Shown: positions 9,936 to 19,728 of the stretch, piece after piece
Layout: each line of letters opens with the position of its first letter
Position numbering within the stretch: the stretch's first letter is position 1
IMG/VR virus record: IMGVR_UViG_3300030090_005625
Coordinates: 1 to 54,960 of that record
Strand: one strand, 5' to 3'
From: a virus
Lineage: Duplodnaviria > Caudoviricetes
DNA length: 54,960 nt
Notes under the pieces: generated by a model
The model's input: only the letters and a program-made list of their open reading frames with translations
Databases searched by the model: none
What the model was told of the DNA's origin: nothing
Position numbers and translations under genes: made by a program

Positions 9936-10658
9936 ATGAATAGAGAAAAGTTCGTTAGTTTTATTAAAAAATATCATCTAGATGGACTAGTTAATTCTGC
10001 CATTTTAACTTTCAAAGATAGTAAATTAAGCACTCGTTTTACAAACGGTGATAAATCAATCTTAGGAATGATAGAATTAGATAATTGGGATTTTGAACCA
10101 GGTGATTTTGGTGTTTATGACGCTGGTGTATTTGTTAAATTAATAGAGGTTCTTGATAATGATATTGAAATGAAAATAAGTAGAGCAGGTGACAAAGCTA
10201 TTTCGATACAAGTATCAGATAAAAACTCTAAAATACAGTATATGTTGTCAGATACAACCCTAATAAATCAACCTCCAGTGCCAGAGAAATTACCAACTGA
10301 CTTTGATTTAAAAATAGATGTCAATAAACAATTTATTGATAAATTTAAAGCAGGGACAAACGCCTTACCAGAAACAGAGACATATAGTGTTCTAACAAAT
10401 AATGGAGAAACACAAGTGGTGATAGGGTACTCAACGGTCGGAACAAACAGGGTGACACTACCAGTTACAACAACTGAATATAGTGATTTAGATTTGATTT
10501 CTTTTAATGCAAAACATTTTAAAAGTGTTTTAAACGCCAATAGTAAATGTGAAAGTGCGTTACTTGAAATTAGTCCATCAGGATTATCAAAGATAACATT
10601 TAAATTTGATGACTTTAGGTCGGAGTATTACTTAGTAGCAGTACAAGACGTTGATTAA
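9936..10658 (+). CDS. gp45: DNA polymerase sliding clamp (T4 gp45-like)
   Basis: 240 aa, FGVYD motif, C-terminal YYLVA, position between polymerase and clamp loader. Confidence 0.8.
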   Translation: MNREKFVSFIKKYHLDGLVNSAILTFKDSKLSTRFTNGDKSILGMIELDNWDFEPGDFGVYDAGVFVKLIEVLDNDIEMKISRAGDKAISIQVSDKNSKIQYMLSDTTLINQPPVPEKLPTDFDLKIDVNKQFIDKFKAGTNALPETETYSVLTNNGETQVVIGYSTVGTNRVTLPVTTTEYSDLDLISFNAKHFKSVLNANSKCESALLEISPSGLSKITFKFDDFRSEYYLVAVQDVD

Positions 10659-12049
10659 TGATTAACGGTTTAAGAATTTTACATTATGTCTCTCCTGTAA
10701 GGTTTGATAAAACAGGATTGTTTCAACATGAATTTGACTCTAATTACAAAGTGGTAGAAAAGACAATTTCTTTTTTACCACGATGTCATCATTATGTTGT
10801 TGTGCCAAAAAAACATAACATACCAGATACAAGAGATAATGTAACTTTTATTAATTACCCGTATTCAAGAGATTTATTAGCCAATAGGTCATATTTCGAT
10901 GGTGTGACTTTTAGAAATCTATTTGATTTTCGATATATGGATTTTGATTTTGTTTTTTGTCATCAACCAGAGATGCTTTATAATATTTTAGTCTCATTTA
11001 ATGATAAACGATATGGTCAAAACATGAATAGGTTTTTGTTCTTTCATTGGGTTGATTGTAGTCAAAGTAGAGCATCGAGTGCCATACCACCCGCATACAT
11101 GAGACAATTAGAAGCAATAAATTTGTGTGACAATGTATTTTTTCATACAGACATAGCATCTGAATGGTTAGGTAAAAATTTTAAAAATGAACAAAGCACG
11201 ACATTCAATCATGATTATATAAAAGATAAAACACAAACATTTCCAATATCAGCTGATGAATTACAAGATATTGAACCATTTGATATTGAACATGAAAATG
11301 TTTTAGTTTTTAATCATAGATGGGCTAAGTCAACTGGTGTTAATCGGATGATGGAATATATTGATGGATTAGATGATTTCAAAATATGGGCCACGGATTA
11401 TCAGGCACCAAAAGAATATGTCGGTTCAAATTTGAATCGTGGTCAATATAGATATTTGTTAGAAAATTCTTTGGGAAGTATGAGTTTTGTTGATAGTTAC
11501 GCTACCTGGAATCTTTCCATACAAGATGGTTTATCAGTAAAAAAACCCGTTTTGGTTTATGACCAACCAGCTATGAGAAAAGTTGTCGGTGATGATTATC
11601 CTTTGTTTTTTAAAACTAAGGACGAATTTCACACACAAGTTAAAAATTTAAAACAGATGGGTAATTTTACTTGGGACATACCAAATCACGATGAAAAGTT
11701 TGCCTATAATATTATAAAGTCAATTTCAAATATAATGAGTAAACCTAGAAAACACATTCCAAAAGATGCTAATAATTGGTTGTATTGTATTTTAAATGGT
11801 TTGAATTACAAACATGATATTGCAAAACAAGTACAACCAAATCTGCAATTAAATTCGGTATGGCAATATATTCGTAGATACTTATTAGAGATAGGGGTCA
11901 AGGACAACATCAATAGTCCGTTTGTTAATTATTCAATACCTGATGAGATAAAAGACCAAGTCCAAAACATGGTGAAGAATGTTAACTTAGATATCGAACC
12001 TCGAACAATCAAAAGAAAAATAGTAACAAAAAAACATAACTGGTTTTAA
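10658..12049 (+). CDS. GT-B fold glycosyltransferase with possible C-terminal winged-helix; candidate DNA-modifying enzyme
   Basis: RILHY N-terminal strand, FDFVFCHQPE, FHW, VFNHRW, ATWNLSIQDGL..KKPVLV donor-binding segment; helical basic C-terminal extension. Confidence 0.65.
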   Translation: MINGLRILHYVSPVRFDKTGLFQHEFDSNYKVVEKTISFLPRCHHYVVVPKKHNIPDTRDNVTFINYPYSRDLLANRSYFDGVTFRNLFDFRYMDFDFVFCHQPEMLYNILVSFNDKRYGQNMNRFLFFHWVDCSQSRASSAIPPAYMRQLEAINLCDNVFFHTDIASEWLGKNFKNEQSTTFNHDYIKDKTQTFPISADELQDIEPFDIEHENVLVFNHRWAKSTGVNRMMEYIDGLDDFKIWATDYQAPKEYVGSNLNRGQYRYLLENSLGSMSFVDSYATWNLSIQDGLSVKKPVLVYDQPAMRKVVGDDYPLFFKTKDEFHTQVKNLKQMGNFTWDIPNHDEKFAYNIIKSISNIMSKPRKHIPKDANNWLYCILNGLNYKHDIAKQVQPNLQLNSVWQYIRRYLLEIGVKDNINSPFVNYSIPDEIKDQVQNMVKNVNLDIEPRTIKRKIVTKKHNWF

Positions 12050-12051
12050 TT

Positions 12052-12978
12052 ATGAACATTAATAAATCAAATACGCTTTGGGTAGAAAAGTATCGGCCTT
12101 CCAACCTCGACAACTACATCGGTAATGAACATCTAAAAAGTAAAGTCGAGATTTACTTAGAGAGTGGAGATTTACCACACCTTTTATTATACGGAAAGGC
12201 TGGTACAGGTAAAACCACTCTCGCTAAATTACTTGTAAAAAACATTAGTTGTGATTATCTTTACATAAATGCAAGTGATGAAAATAACGTTGAGACCGTC
12301 AGAACAAAAGTAAAAAACTTTGCTTCCACGGTTGGTTTTGAAGATATAAAGGTAATTATTTTAGATGAGTGTGATTACATTACACCAAACGCACAAGCCG
12401 CACTTCGTAATCTTATGGAGACATTTAGTAAACATTGTAGATTTATCTTAACTTGTAATTATGTTGAAAGAATTATTGACCCAATACAAAGTCGTTGTCA
12501 ATCTTTTCAAATCATACCACCATCTAAAACTGATGTAGCTAAACATCTACACAATATATTGTTACAAGAAAATATTATTGATAAACCAGAGGATATAAAG
12601 ATTTTAGTTGAAAGTGGTTATCCAGATATTCGTCGTGTAATAAATTCTGCACAGAGAAATGTGGTGAAGGGAAAACTAAAACTTGATACCTCTAGTATTA
12701 TTCAAAATGATTATAAATTAAAATTATTAAAGATTTTAGAAACACAAAATAAAAAGAACGCGTTTAAAGAAATAAGACAATTACTTGCGGACAATCAAAT
12801 TACAGATTTTGCAGAATTGTTTAGATTATTATATGACGAGGTTGATGGTTATGGTAAAGGTCATGTAGCCGAGTGTATCTTAATTATCGCAAGATATGAA
12901 CTTTCAGATAGTCAAGTGGTTGATAAAGAAATCAACGCTATGGCTATGATAATAGAATTATTAGGAGTGATTAAATGA
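12052..12978 (+). CDS. gp44: Clamp loader large subunit (RFC/gp44-like AAA+ ATPase)
   Basis: WVEKYRP, Walker A GKAGTGKTT, INASD, ILDECD, SRC motif. Confidence 0.95.
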   Translation: MNINKSNTLWVEKYRPSNLDNYIGNEHLKSKVEIYLESGDLPHLLLYGKAGTGKTTLAKLLVKNISCDYLYINASDENNVETVRTKVKNFASTVGFEDIKVIILDECDYITPNAQAALRNLMETFSKHCRFILTCNYVERIIDPIQSRCQSFQIIPPSKTDVAKHLHNILLQENIIDKPEDIKILVESGYPDIRRVINSAQRNVVKGKLKLDTSSIIQNDYKLKLLKILETQNKKNAFKEIRQLLADNQITDFAELFRLLYDEVDGYGKGHVAECILIIARYELSDSQVVDKEINAMAMIIELLGVIK

Positions 12979-13250
12979 CAATGAGACCGATGAAAAAACC
13001 AAAACAACAGACACAAGTAAAAGTTGATTTAAAACAAGCCGACACAATCAAGTGTAAAGATTGTAATAATTACTTATGGATACAATCTTTTATTTTAAAA
13101 AAATTATCAGCCTTGGTATCCCCAACTGGTCAAGAAGCTTTGATACCAGTGCAAGTCTATTCTTGTGGTAATTGTGGTAAAGTTGCTGAGGGTATGTTAG
13201 AGGGAAGCGGTGTTGATGATACAAGTTCATTTCCAACTCTAGATATATGA
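12975..13250 (+). CDS. Small zinc-ribbon protein
   Basis: Two CxxC pairs (CKDC, CGNC); overlaps upstream stop. Confidence 0.7.
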   Translation: MTMRPMKKPKQQTQVKVDLKQADTIKCKDCNNYLWIQSFILKKLSALVSPTGQEALIPVQVYSCGNCGKVAEGMLEGSGVDDTSSFPTLDI

Positions 13251-13390
13251 GATTAACACTTTGGGAAAGGTTACATATGCTAATAATATGGTATATATTT
13301 TTACCACTATTTTGCATATGGATGGGTAGATACTTTCACAAGATAAGAACACAAGGTGAGTTTGGAAGAAAGAGTTGTTATGAGTGTTAA
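13247..13390 (+). CDS. Small (47 aa) predicted membrane protein, not in ORF track
   Basis: ATGA overlap with upstream stop; MRLTLWERLHMLIIWYIFLPLFCIWMG... hydrophobic stretch; fills the gap. Confidence 0.5.
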   Translation: MRLTLWERLHMLIIWYIFLPLFCIWMGRYFHKIRTQGEFGRKSCYEC

Positions 13391-13880
13391 AAAGAAAAGT
13401 CTGTTTGACCATATCAAACAAATAACCTCGGTTCAAAATCCAAATTATTGGGAGGAGATTTCGGACGAGGATAAAAAGTCTTGGTCAAACTATATGACTC
13501 ACAGATTTTTATCTATGAAAATGGATTGGGTTGAACTTGTAAATGAACTACAAAAGTACAATTTAAAACCAAAAGAATTATATAAACTTTACACCAATGT
13601 ACTACCAAAGGGTAGACAATGGTTAAAATACACGAAAGGAAAAAATCAAATGGAATATCCAAATTGGTTAATCAATATAGTTGCGAATGATATGCAAGTT
13701 AGTAAAAAAGAAGCCAAAGATGCTGTTGATATGTATTATCTTACCGAGGGTGGTATGGCCGAACTAGGTCAACTAGCTAGAAAATGGGGTATCGAACCTA
13801 AAAAGATTGCTAAGGCTGGTTTAGACGTGTTAGGTAGTGTCGGAGGATATACAGCTGGTAATGGTCAAAAAAGCACTTGA
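13380..13880 (+). CDS. gp62: Clamp loader small subunit (gp62-like)
   Basis: LFDHI...W..YM..RFLSM....VNE.Q...Y...LPK..WLKY.K pattern typical of gp62-like proteins; near gp44; ATG at 13380 preferred over TTG at 13356. Confidence 0.7.
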   Translation: MSVKKKSLFDHIKQITSVQNPNYWEEISDEDKKSWSNYMTHRFLSMKMDWVELVNELQKYNLKPKELYKLYTNVLPKGRQWLKYTKGKNQMEYPNWLINIVANDMQVSKKEAKDAVDMYYLTEGGMAELGQLARKWGIEPKKIAKAGLDVLGSVGGYTAGNGQKST

Positions 13881-13906
13881 CACGTATAGTAATTTATTCG
13901 TATATT
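13867..13906 (+). promoter_or_regulatory. Sigma70-type phage promoter
   Basis: AAAAAAGCAC-TTGACA(13877-13882)-N18-TATATT(13901-13906). Confidence 0.8.
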
Positions 13907-13931
13907 CAGTTACATAAATTAGGAGAAATAC

Positions 13932-14327
13932 ATGAGAGGTATTATAGAAGATATTATAAAAGATAGTCCTCGTTCAGAATCCAGGGATTATGACGTTATA
14001 GAGCAGATGGAAAAGGAGTGGCCTGAGATGACCAAAGAGTTCAAGGATATTCAACGACAACAGTATGAATTATTCTTACACAAACAGCATGATTATGGGC
14101 CAGGTAATATATCAGTTGGTACACAATTACAAACACCAGAAGAGATAAAATTGTCACTTACAGGTTTGTGGTTTAGGATGAATGATAAGTTACAAAGAAT
14201 GAAAACACTATTAATGAATAATAGAGAATCTGCTGTTAAAGATGAACCACTAGAAGATGCGTATCTTGATGTATCAAATTATGGTATCATGGCTACAATC
14301 GTAAATCGTGGAAAGTGGGGTAAGTAA
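13932..14327 (+). CDS. Nucleotide modification associated domain 1 (DUF1599/Nmad1, MazG-like fold)
   Basis: K.HDYG, RMNDKLQR, EPLEDAYLD..NY motifs. Confidence 0.8.
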   Translation: MRGIIEDIIKDSPRSESRDYDVIEQMEKEWPEMTKEFKDIQRQQYELFLHKQHDYGPGNISVGTQLQTPEEIKLSLTGLWFRMNDKLQRMKTLLMNNRESAVKDEPLEDAYLDVSNYGIMATIVNRGKWGK

Positions 14328-14413
14328 TGAACGTAGTAATAGCAGTTGTCTTATCGCTTGTGATATCAAGTGTGGTTGTTATGGTCTTAGAATATTATAA
14401 ATCATTAAGATGA
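14327..14413 (+). CDS. 28-aa single-TM peptide, not in ORF track
   Basis: MNVVIAVVLSLVISSVVVMVLEYYKSLR; coupled by TAATG and ATGA overlaps on both sides. Confidence 0.55.
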   Translation: MNVVIAVVLSLVISSVVVMVLEYYKSLR

Positions 14414-15273
14414 AAAAAATAAGTTATAGTCAGTATAGTCAATGGGTTACCTGTCCATGGAAATGGAAACTTAATTACATAGATAAGTTAAGTGAGTTTA
14501 CAGATAGTATTCACACCTTGTTTGGTACTTCAATGCATGAGGTTCTACAAACTTATCTAACCGTGATGTATAATGACACTATCAAGATGGCAGACGCATT
14601 ACCTCTAGACAAAATGTTACTTCATCGAATGAAAACAAATTACACCAACATCATGAAAAAAAATGGTGGGGAGGTTTTTTGTGAACAACGTGACATGGAG
14701 GAGTTTTATAATCATGGTCTAGCCATTTTAGATTGGTTCAAGAAAAAACGTAGTATGTATTTCAGTAAAAAAGGTTATGAGTTGGTTGGTATCGAGGTAC
14801 CAGTAAATTTTGAATTACCAAATGAGATAAAATTCATAGGTTACATCGATGTTATAATATATGATAGTATCAGAGACCGTTATAAAATAATTGATATTAA
14901 AACATCTACTATGGGTTGGAATAAGTATCAGAAAGCAGATAAGAATAAGACAGACCAATTATTACTTTATAAACATTTTTATGGTGCACAACATGACATT
15001 CCTGTAGATAAAATTGATGTTGAATATTTTATTGTTAAGCGTAAACTTTATGAAAAATTAGATTTTCCTCAAAGAAGGGTTCAAACGTTCTCACCAGCTA
15101 GTGGTAAACCAAGTATAAATAAATTAATGAATAAATTGAATCAATTCTTAGATGAGTCTTTTATTGATGGTGATTATAATTTAAAACATAATTATATAAA
15201 ACTACCATCGAAAAAAAATTGTCGGTACTGTGAATTCAATCAAACGGAGCATTGTGACTCAGGAGTAAAATAG
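14410..15273 (+). CDS. PD-(D/E)XK exonuclease, Cas4/AddB-like with Fe-S cysteines
   Basis: SYSQ...CP, GTSMHE, GYID..IIDIKT, QLLLY, C-terminal CRYC...C. Confidence 0.88.
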   Translation: MKKISYSQYSQWVTCPWKWKLNYIDKLSEFTDSIHTLFGTSMHEVLQTYLTVMYNDTIKMADALPLDKMLLHRMKTNYTNIMKKNGGEVFCEQRDMEEFYNHGLAILDWFKKKRSMYFSKKGYELVGIEVPVNFELPNEIKFIGYIDVIIYDSIRDRYKIIDIKTSTMGWNKYQKADKNKTDQLLLYKHFYGAQHDIPVDKIDVEYFIVKRKLYEKLDFPQRRVQTFSPASGKPSINKLMNKLNQFLDESFIDGDYNLKHNYIKLPSKKNCRYCEFNQTEHCDSGVK

Positions 15274-15687
15274 ATGTTATCAAAAATTACGGTAAGGTTA
15301 AAATTATCGGATTTTATCAATACCGAGTTAGAAAATACCATAATGGATATGATAAACCAAGCACACATAGAATTGAACGCTAGCGTTATATTATATTTAT
15401 GGTTTGATGAAGAGGTTGAGGGTTTGAGAGATTTTCTTTTAAGGTGGGAACCAAAACTAGCTTTTAAAACAATAGTGAAAAATAATAGTAAAGCTAACTT
15501 TGATGAATTTATTTTTTACGATATCGTACCACTAAACACACCTAGTAATTCAACTTATAGATTTAAATACTCATACCTAGAACCAAAACAAATAGTTGAC
15601 GGTTTAAAAGAATTTTACAAAATTACTAAATTTATTACATCAGACAAACCAATTAAAAAACAAAAAAGAAATGACTATGAAGACTAA
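15274..15687 (+). CDS. Hypothetical protein
   Basis: 137-aa ORF tightly packed in the operon; no motif recognised. Confidence 0.65.
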   Translation: MLSKITVRLKLSDFINTELENTIMDMINQAHIELNASVILYLWFDEEVEGLRDFLLRWEPKLAFKTIVKNNSKANFDEFIFYDIVPLNTPSNSTYRFKYSYLEPKQIVDGLKEFYKITKFITSDKPIKKQKRNDYED

Positions 15688-16084
15688 GATTGGAATTGTT
15701 GGTAGTAGAGCATATACTAATAAAACAAAAGTAAAAGATTTAATATTTGAAATTAAGCAGAAATATGGGAATTCAGTAGAGATTGTAAGTGGTGGCCAAT
15801 CACAAGGTGCTGACGGATTTGCTAAAAAGTTTGCGTTAATGTTTGGTTTACATTACGTTGAGTTTCCACCATCACATTATAGTTGGAACATGCACTGCGT
15901 TTTACCAGCATCAAAATATAGAAAACCATATTACGTGTCAAATTATTTTCAACGAAATAAACAAATAGCAGAGTATAGTGATATAATAGTTGCATTTATT
16001 CAACCAGGTGTAGAGTCTCGTGGAACTCAAGATACAATAAAACACGCCAAAAAGAAAAAAAAATTAGTAAAAATAATAAATTAA
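15671..16084 (+). CDS. SLOG superfamily protein (DUF2493/YspA-like)
   Basis: IGIVGSR, IVSGG..GAD, RNKQIAEYSD, SRGT motifs. Confidence 0.85.
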   Translation: MTMKTKIGIVGSRAYTNKTKVKDLIFEIKQKYGNSVEIVSGGQSQGADGFAKKFALMFGLHYVEFPPSHYSWNMHCVLPASKYRKPYYVSNYFQRNKQIAEYSDIIVAFIQPGVESRGTQDTIKHAKKKKKLVKIIN

Positions 16085-16120
16085 TATATATTTATATATG
16101 TATATATAAAAGAGGTTTTT

Positions 16121-16312
16121 ATGGACTATAAATTAACTTCGGTAAAACTACTGAAAGAGTTATATAAAAAATTCAAAAGTACAACATTAGACGATGAGTT
16201 TACGTTACAAAAACTAGTAAATCGTTCAATGGATTTATACGTTTTGGATGAACAATTCAAAGATAAAATACAATCATACAATAACTTAATAGCAAGTGGG
16301 AGTAGACTATGA
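16121..16312 (+). CDS. Small putative ribbon-helix-helix DNA-binding protein
   Basis: LTSVKL strand followed by two amphipathic helices; RBS GAGG. Confidence 0.5.
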   Translation: MDYKLTSVKLLKELYKKFKSTTLDDEFTLQKLVNRSMDLYVLDEQFKDKIQSYNNLIASGSRL

Positions 16313-16551
16313 GTAATTTGAGAGAAGACTTTATTAACGCTTCAAGATTACATTTTAAAGCTGGTATTGAAAAACATAGAGTCAACGCGGAGAACCTAAT
16401 GTGTAACGCTGTAGGTATCGGTGAACACGGTGATGTTATGGAAGAGATAGAAAAAGAGCTTGGAGAGATGGCTGATTATGCAGATAAATTAGAAATGTTA
16501 GATTATTTTGAAGCCGAGATTGGCCCTAATAAAACTGTTTTAAAAGGTTAA
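16309..16551 (+). CDS. Conserved hypothetical phage protein
   Basis: N.VGIGEH.D..E.IE.EL motif recalled from T4-like marine phages. Confidence 0.6.
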   Translation: MSNLREDFINASRLHFKAGIEKHRVNAENLMCNAVGIGEHGDVMEEIEKELGEMADYADKLEMLDYFEAEIGPNKTVLKG

Positions 16552-16553
16552 TC

Positions 16554-17942
16554 ATGTCTAAAAAGAAAATATTACTATTATCGGATGATTTAAGAATGTC
16601 ATCTGGTATAGGAACCATGTCGAAAGAGTTTGTGTTGGGTACTATCCATCATTACGATTGGGTTCAAATTGGTGGTGCCATTAAACACCCTGAAAATGGT
16701 AAAGTGGTAGATATGAATGAATCCGTTAGAAAAGAAACAGGTGTGGAGGATGCTAATCTTAAGATTTATCCTGTTAATGGTTATGGTAGTCCTGATTTAC
16801 TAAGGAATCTTATTTCTATCGAAAAACCTGACGCTGTCATGCACTATACAGACCCAAGATTTTGGGGTTGGTTATATGATATGGAGCATGAAATTAGACA
16901 AATTATGCCAATATTTTATTATAATATTTGGGATGATTGGCCAGCTCCAAATTACAATGAAAACTTTTACGAGTGTTCTGATTTGATAATGAACATATCA
17001 AAACAAACAGTTGCAATCGTCAATGACGTAGCAAAGAACAAACCTAGAACAGATTGGGATTGCACATATATCCCACACGGTATTAGTGAAAAATATTTCT
17101 ATCCAATTTCAGTTTTTGATAAAGAGTATCAAGAGGTGGAAAATATGAAAAAACAACTAACTGACGATGATATTGAATTTATTGTATTTTATAATAATAG
17201 AAATATACGTAGAAAAATGACTGGTGATGTTGTGTTAGCGTTTAAGACTTTTTGTGATATGTTAACAGAGGAACAAAAGAATAAATGTGCCTTATTGATG
17301 CATACTCAACCAATTGATGAAAATGGAACCCACTTACCAAACTTGATTAATGATTTATGTCCAGAAGTTAAAGTTTATTTTAGTGATAAAAAACTTGAAC
17401 CTAAACATTTGAATCATTTATATAATTTAGCAGATGTTACAATCAACATTGCTAGTAACGAGGGATTTGGATTAGGAACTTGTGAATCATTGATGTGTGG
17501 AACACCAATCATTGTTAATGTTACAGGTGGATTACAAGACCAATGTGGGTTTGAACTTAACGGTAAACACTTAACTGTAAAGGATTATGAAGAGATTAAG
17601 TCATTACATGATGATAGAAAATGGGCTAATAATCCTGATTTAACTTGGGGTGAGTGGGTAAAACCTGTATGGCCTGCTACACGTTCATTACAAGGTTCAG
17701 TACCAACACCGTACATATTTGATGATAGATGTAGGTTTGATGACGCGGCTCAACGTATAAAAGAGTGGTATGATATGACTGCTGATGAAAGAAGAGATTG
17801 TGGTATGAAAGGTCATGAATTTGTAAAAAGAGAGGATGTCATGATGACGAGTGATATGATGTGTCAGAATTTTATAAACCACATGGATATGGGATTTGAG
17901 AAGTTTGAACCAAGAAAACGTTATAGTATCTTTAAAGCTTAG
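16554..17942 (+). CDS. Glycosyltransferase family 4-like (GT-B)
   Basis: KILLLSDD..SG, IPHG, NRNIRRK, EGFGL...ESLMCGTPII. Confidence 0.9.
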   Translation: MSKKKILLLSDDLRMSSGIGTMSKEFVLGTIHHYDWVQIGGAIKHPENGKVVDMNESVRKETGVEDANLKIYPVNGYGSPDLLRNLISIEKPDAVMHYTDPRFWGWLYDMEHEIRQIMPIFYYNIWDDWPAPNYNENFYECSDLIMNISKQTVAIVNDVAKNKPRTDWDCTYIPHGISEKYFYPISVFDKEYQEVENMKKQLTDDDIEFIVFYNNRNIRRKMTGDVVLAFKTFCDMLTEEQKNKCALLMHTQPIDENGTHLPNLINDLCPEVKVYFSDKKLEPKHLNHLYNLADVTINIASNEGFGLGTCESLMCGTPIIVNVTGGLQDQCGFELNGKHLTVKDYEEIKSLHDDRKWANNPDLTWGEWVKPVWPATRSLQGSVPTPYIFDDRCRFDDAAQRIKEWYDMTADERRDCGMKGHEFVKREDVMMTSDMMCQNFINHMDMGFEKFEPRKRYSIFKA

Positions 17943-17947
17943 GAGTA

Positions 17948-19279
17948 ATGATGAGTAAACCTTTATGTTTAGTAACTGCACCTGTCGCCACTAGAAGTGG
18001 ATATGGTGCACACGCAAGAGATATTTGCAGAGCATTAATTAAATTAGATAAATATGATGTAAAAATTTGGAGTGTGCGTTGGGGTAACACACCGATGAAC
18101 GCATTGAATCAACAAGACCCAAATGATAAAATGATAATAGATAGACTTTTACAGAATCCCCAATTACCAAAGCAACCTGAAATACATTTTCATATCGTGA
18201 TACCAAATGAATTCAATCCATTAGCTAAATTCAACATCGGTATCACAGCTGGACTAGAGATGACAGCATGTCCGCCTGTTTGGTTAGAGGGTATGAACAG
18301 AATGGATATGAATATTGTTCCATCTAATTTTGTAAAAGACACAATGAATCGTATAGTTTTTGATATTAACGATGAACAAACAAAACAAAAAAAAGGTGAG
18401 TTAAAAAATACAAAACCAATCGAAGTTTTGTTTGAGGGGACAGACACAAATATTTTTAAAAAGACTAATGAGTTCAGTGCACCATTTCTTAAAGAAATGA
18501 AAAAAGTTAAAGAGTCTTTTAATTTTTTATATGTGGGACATTGGTTACAAGGTGATTTAGGTAAAGACAGAAAAGATACTGGTATGATGTTAAAAGTGTT
18601 TTTAGAGACCTTTAAAAACATGAAAAATAGTCCAGGTTTAATCATGAAAACGAGTGGTGCTGGGTTTTCAGTATTGGATAGAGAGCAAATGTTAGCAAAG
18701 ATAAAATCAATAAAATCCATGATAAAAGGTGACCTACCAAACGTATATTTATTACATGGTGATTTTACCGACAATGAAATGAATGAATTGTATAATCATC
18801 CAAAAGTAAAGGCACACGTCAATCTAACACACGGTGAGGGATTTGGTCGTCCACTTCTTGAGGCTAGTATTTCACAAAAACCTGTGATTGCACCTAATTG
18901 GAGTGGTCATGTTGATTTTTTGAATAAAGACCAGGCAATATTATTAAACGGAGACTTAACTAGTGTCGAGAAAGGTTCGGTACCTGATGAATTTTTAGTT
19001 GATGGTTCACAATGGTTTACCGTTAACTATCAAGAGGCTTCAGCGTATATGAGTGATGTATATAAAAACTACAGAAAATATTCTTTAAATGCAAAGAAAT
19101 TAGGTACGATAAACAAATCCAAATTTTCCTTAAATGCTATGACAAGACAACTTGATAAAATTCTGAATCAGTATGTACCTGAATTTCCAAAAGAGGTAAA
19201 ATTAAATCTACCAAAATTAAAAAAAGTAGGTGGTGATAATCTTCCAAAAATAAAACTACCAAAATTAAAGAAAGTATAA
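17948..19279 (+). CDS. Glycosyltransferase family 4-like (GT-B) with repeated basic C-terminal tail
   Basis: SGYG, FLYVG, GEGFGRPLLEAS..KPVIA..WSG; tail LPKLKKV x2. Confidence 0.9.
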   Translation: MMSKPLCLVTAPVATRSGYGAHARDICRALIKLDKYDVKIWSVRWGNTPMNALNQQDPNDKMIIDRLLQNPQLPKQPEIHFHIVIPNEFNPLAKFNIGITAGLEMTACPPVWLEGMNRMDMNIVPSNFVKDTMNRIVFDINDEQTKQKKGELKNTKPIEVLFEGTDTNIFKKTNEFSAPFLKEMKKVKESFNFLYVGHWLQGDLGKDRKDTGMMLKVFLETFKNMKNSPGLIMKTSGAGFSVLDREQMLAKIKSIKSMIKGDLPNVYLLHGDFTDNEMNELYNHPKVKAHVNLTHGEGFGRPLLEASISQKPVIAPNWSGHVDFLNKDQAILLNGDLTSVEKGSVPDEFLVDGSQWFTVNYQEASAYMSDVYKNYRKYSLNAKKLGTINKSKFSLNAMTRQLDKILNQYVPEFPKEVKLNLPKLKKVGGDNLPKIKLPKLKKV

Positions 19280-19280
19280 T

Positions 19281-19727
19281 ATGGAAAAAGTAATAGATTG
19301 TCCAGTTTGTTTTGATAATGATAAATGTTTTGAGGATGAACAAGATGGTTTTAGTTCTTACCTTTGCTTTAATTGTGGTTACATGAGTGATTCTAGATAT
19401 GAATTAGGTAGTCTTAAGTTAGATGATAATTTAAAAAAATCACCACGATTAATACAAGACAATAAATTTCACGATAAAAAAAGAAATATAATTTGGTTTC
19501 CGGCTGTATTGAATATGGGTGAGTTAGGTATGATTTTTCCTGAGGGAACAAAAGATGAAGACGATTATGTTTGGAAATACGCTAAAATCGTAGAGATACC
19601 TGAGGGTCAACGTGAGATTTATGATAATTATGATAGAAGACTTGATGTTGAAAATGCAAAGACATTTAAGAAAACTGAATTTTTAGCGGCCTGTAAAGAG
19701 ATGGGTATCACAAAGGATTTAAGTTAG
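19281..19727 (+). CDS. Zinc-ribbon hypothetical protein
   Basis: CPVC and CFNCG pairs. Confidence 0.65.
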   Translation: MEKVIDCPVCFDNDKCFEDEQDGFSSYLCFNCGYMSDSRYELGSLKLDDNLKKSPRLIQDNKFHDKKRNIIWFPAVLNMGELGMIFPEGTKDEDDYVWKYAKIVEIPEGQREIYDNYDRRLDVENAKTFKKTEFLAACKEMGITKDLS

Positions 19728-19728
19728 T

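Noticed and set aside
1-16551. Eukaryotic giant virus or archaeal origin (PolB, RFC-like loader, many sugar enzymes)
   Set aside because: Sigma70-type promoters, Shine-Dalgarno sites, overlapping operonic genes, DnaB-type helicase and a TonB receptor point to a phage of a diderm bacterium
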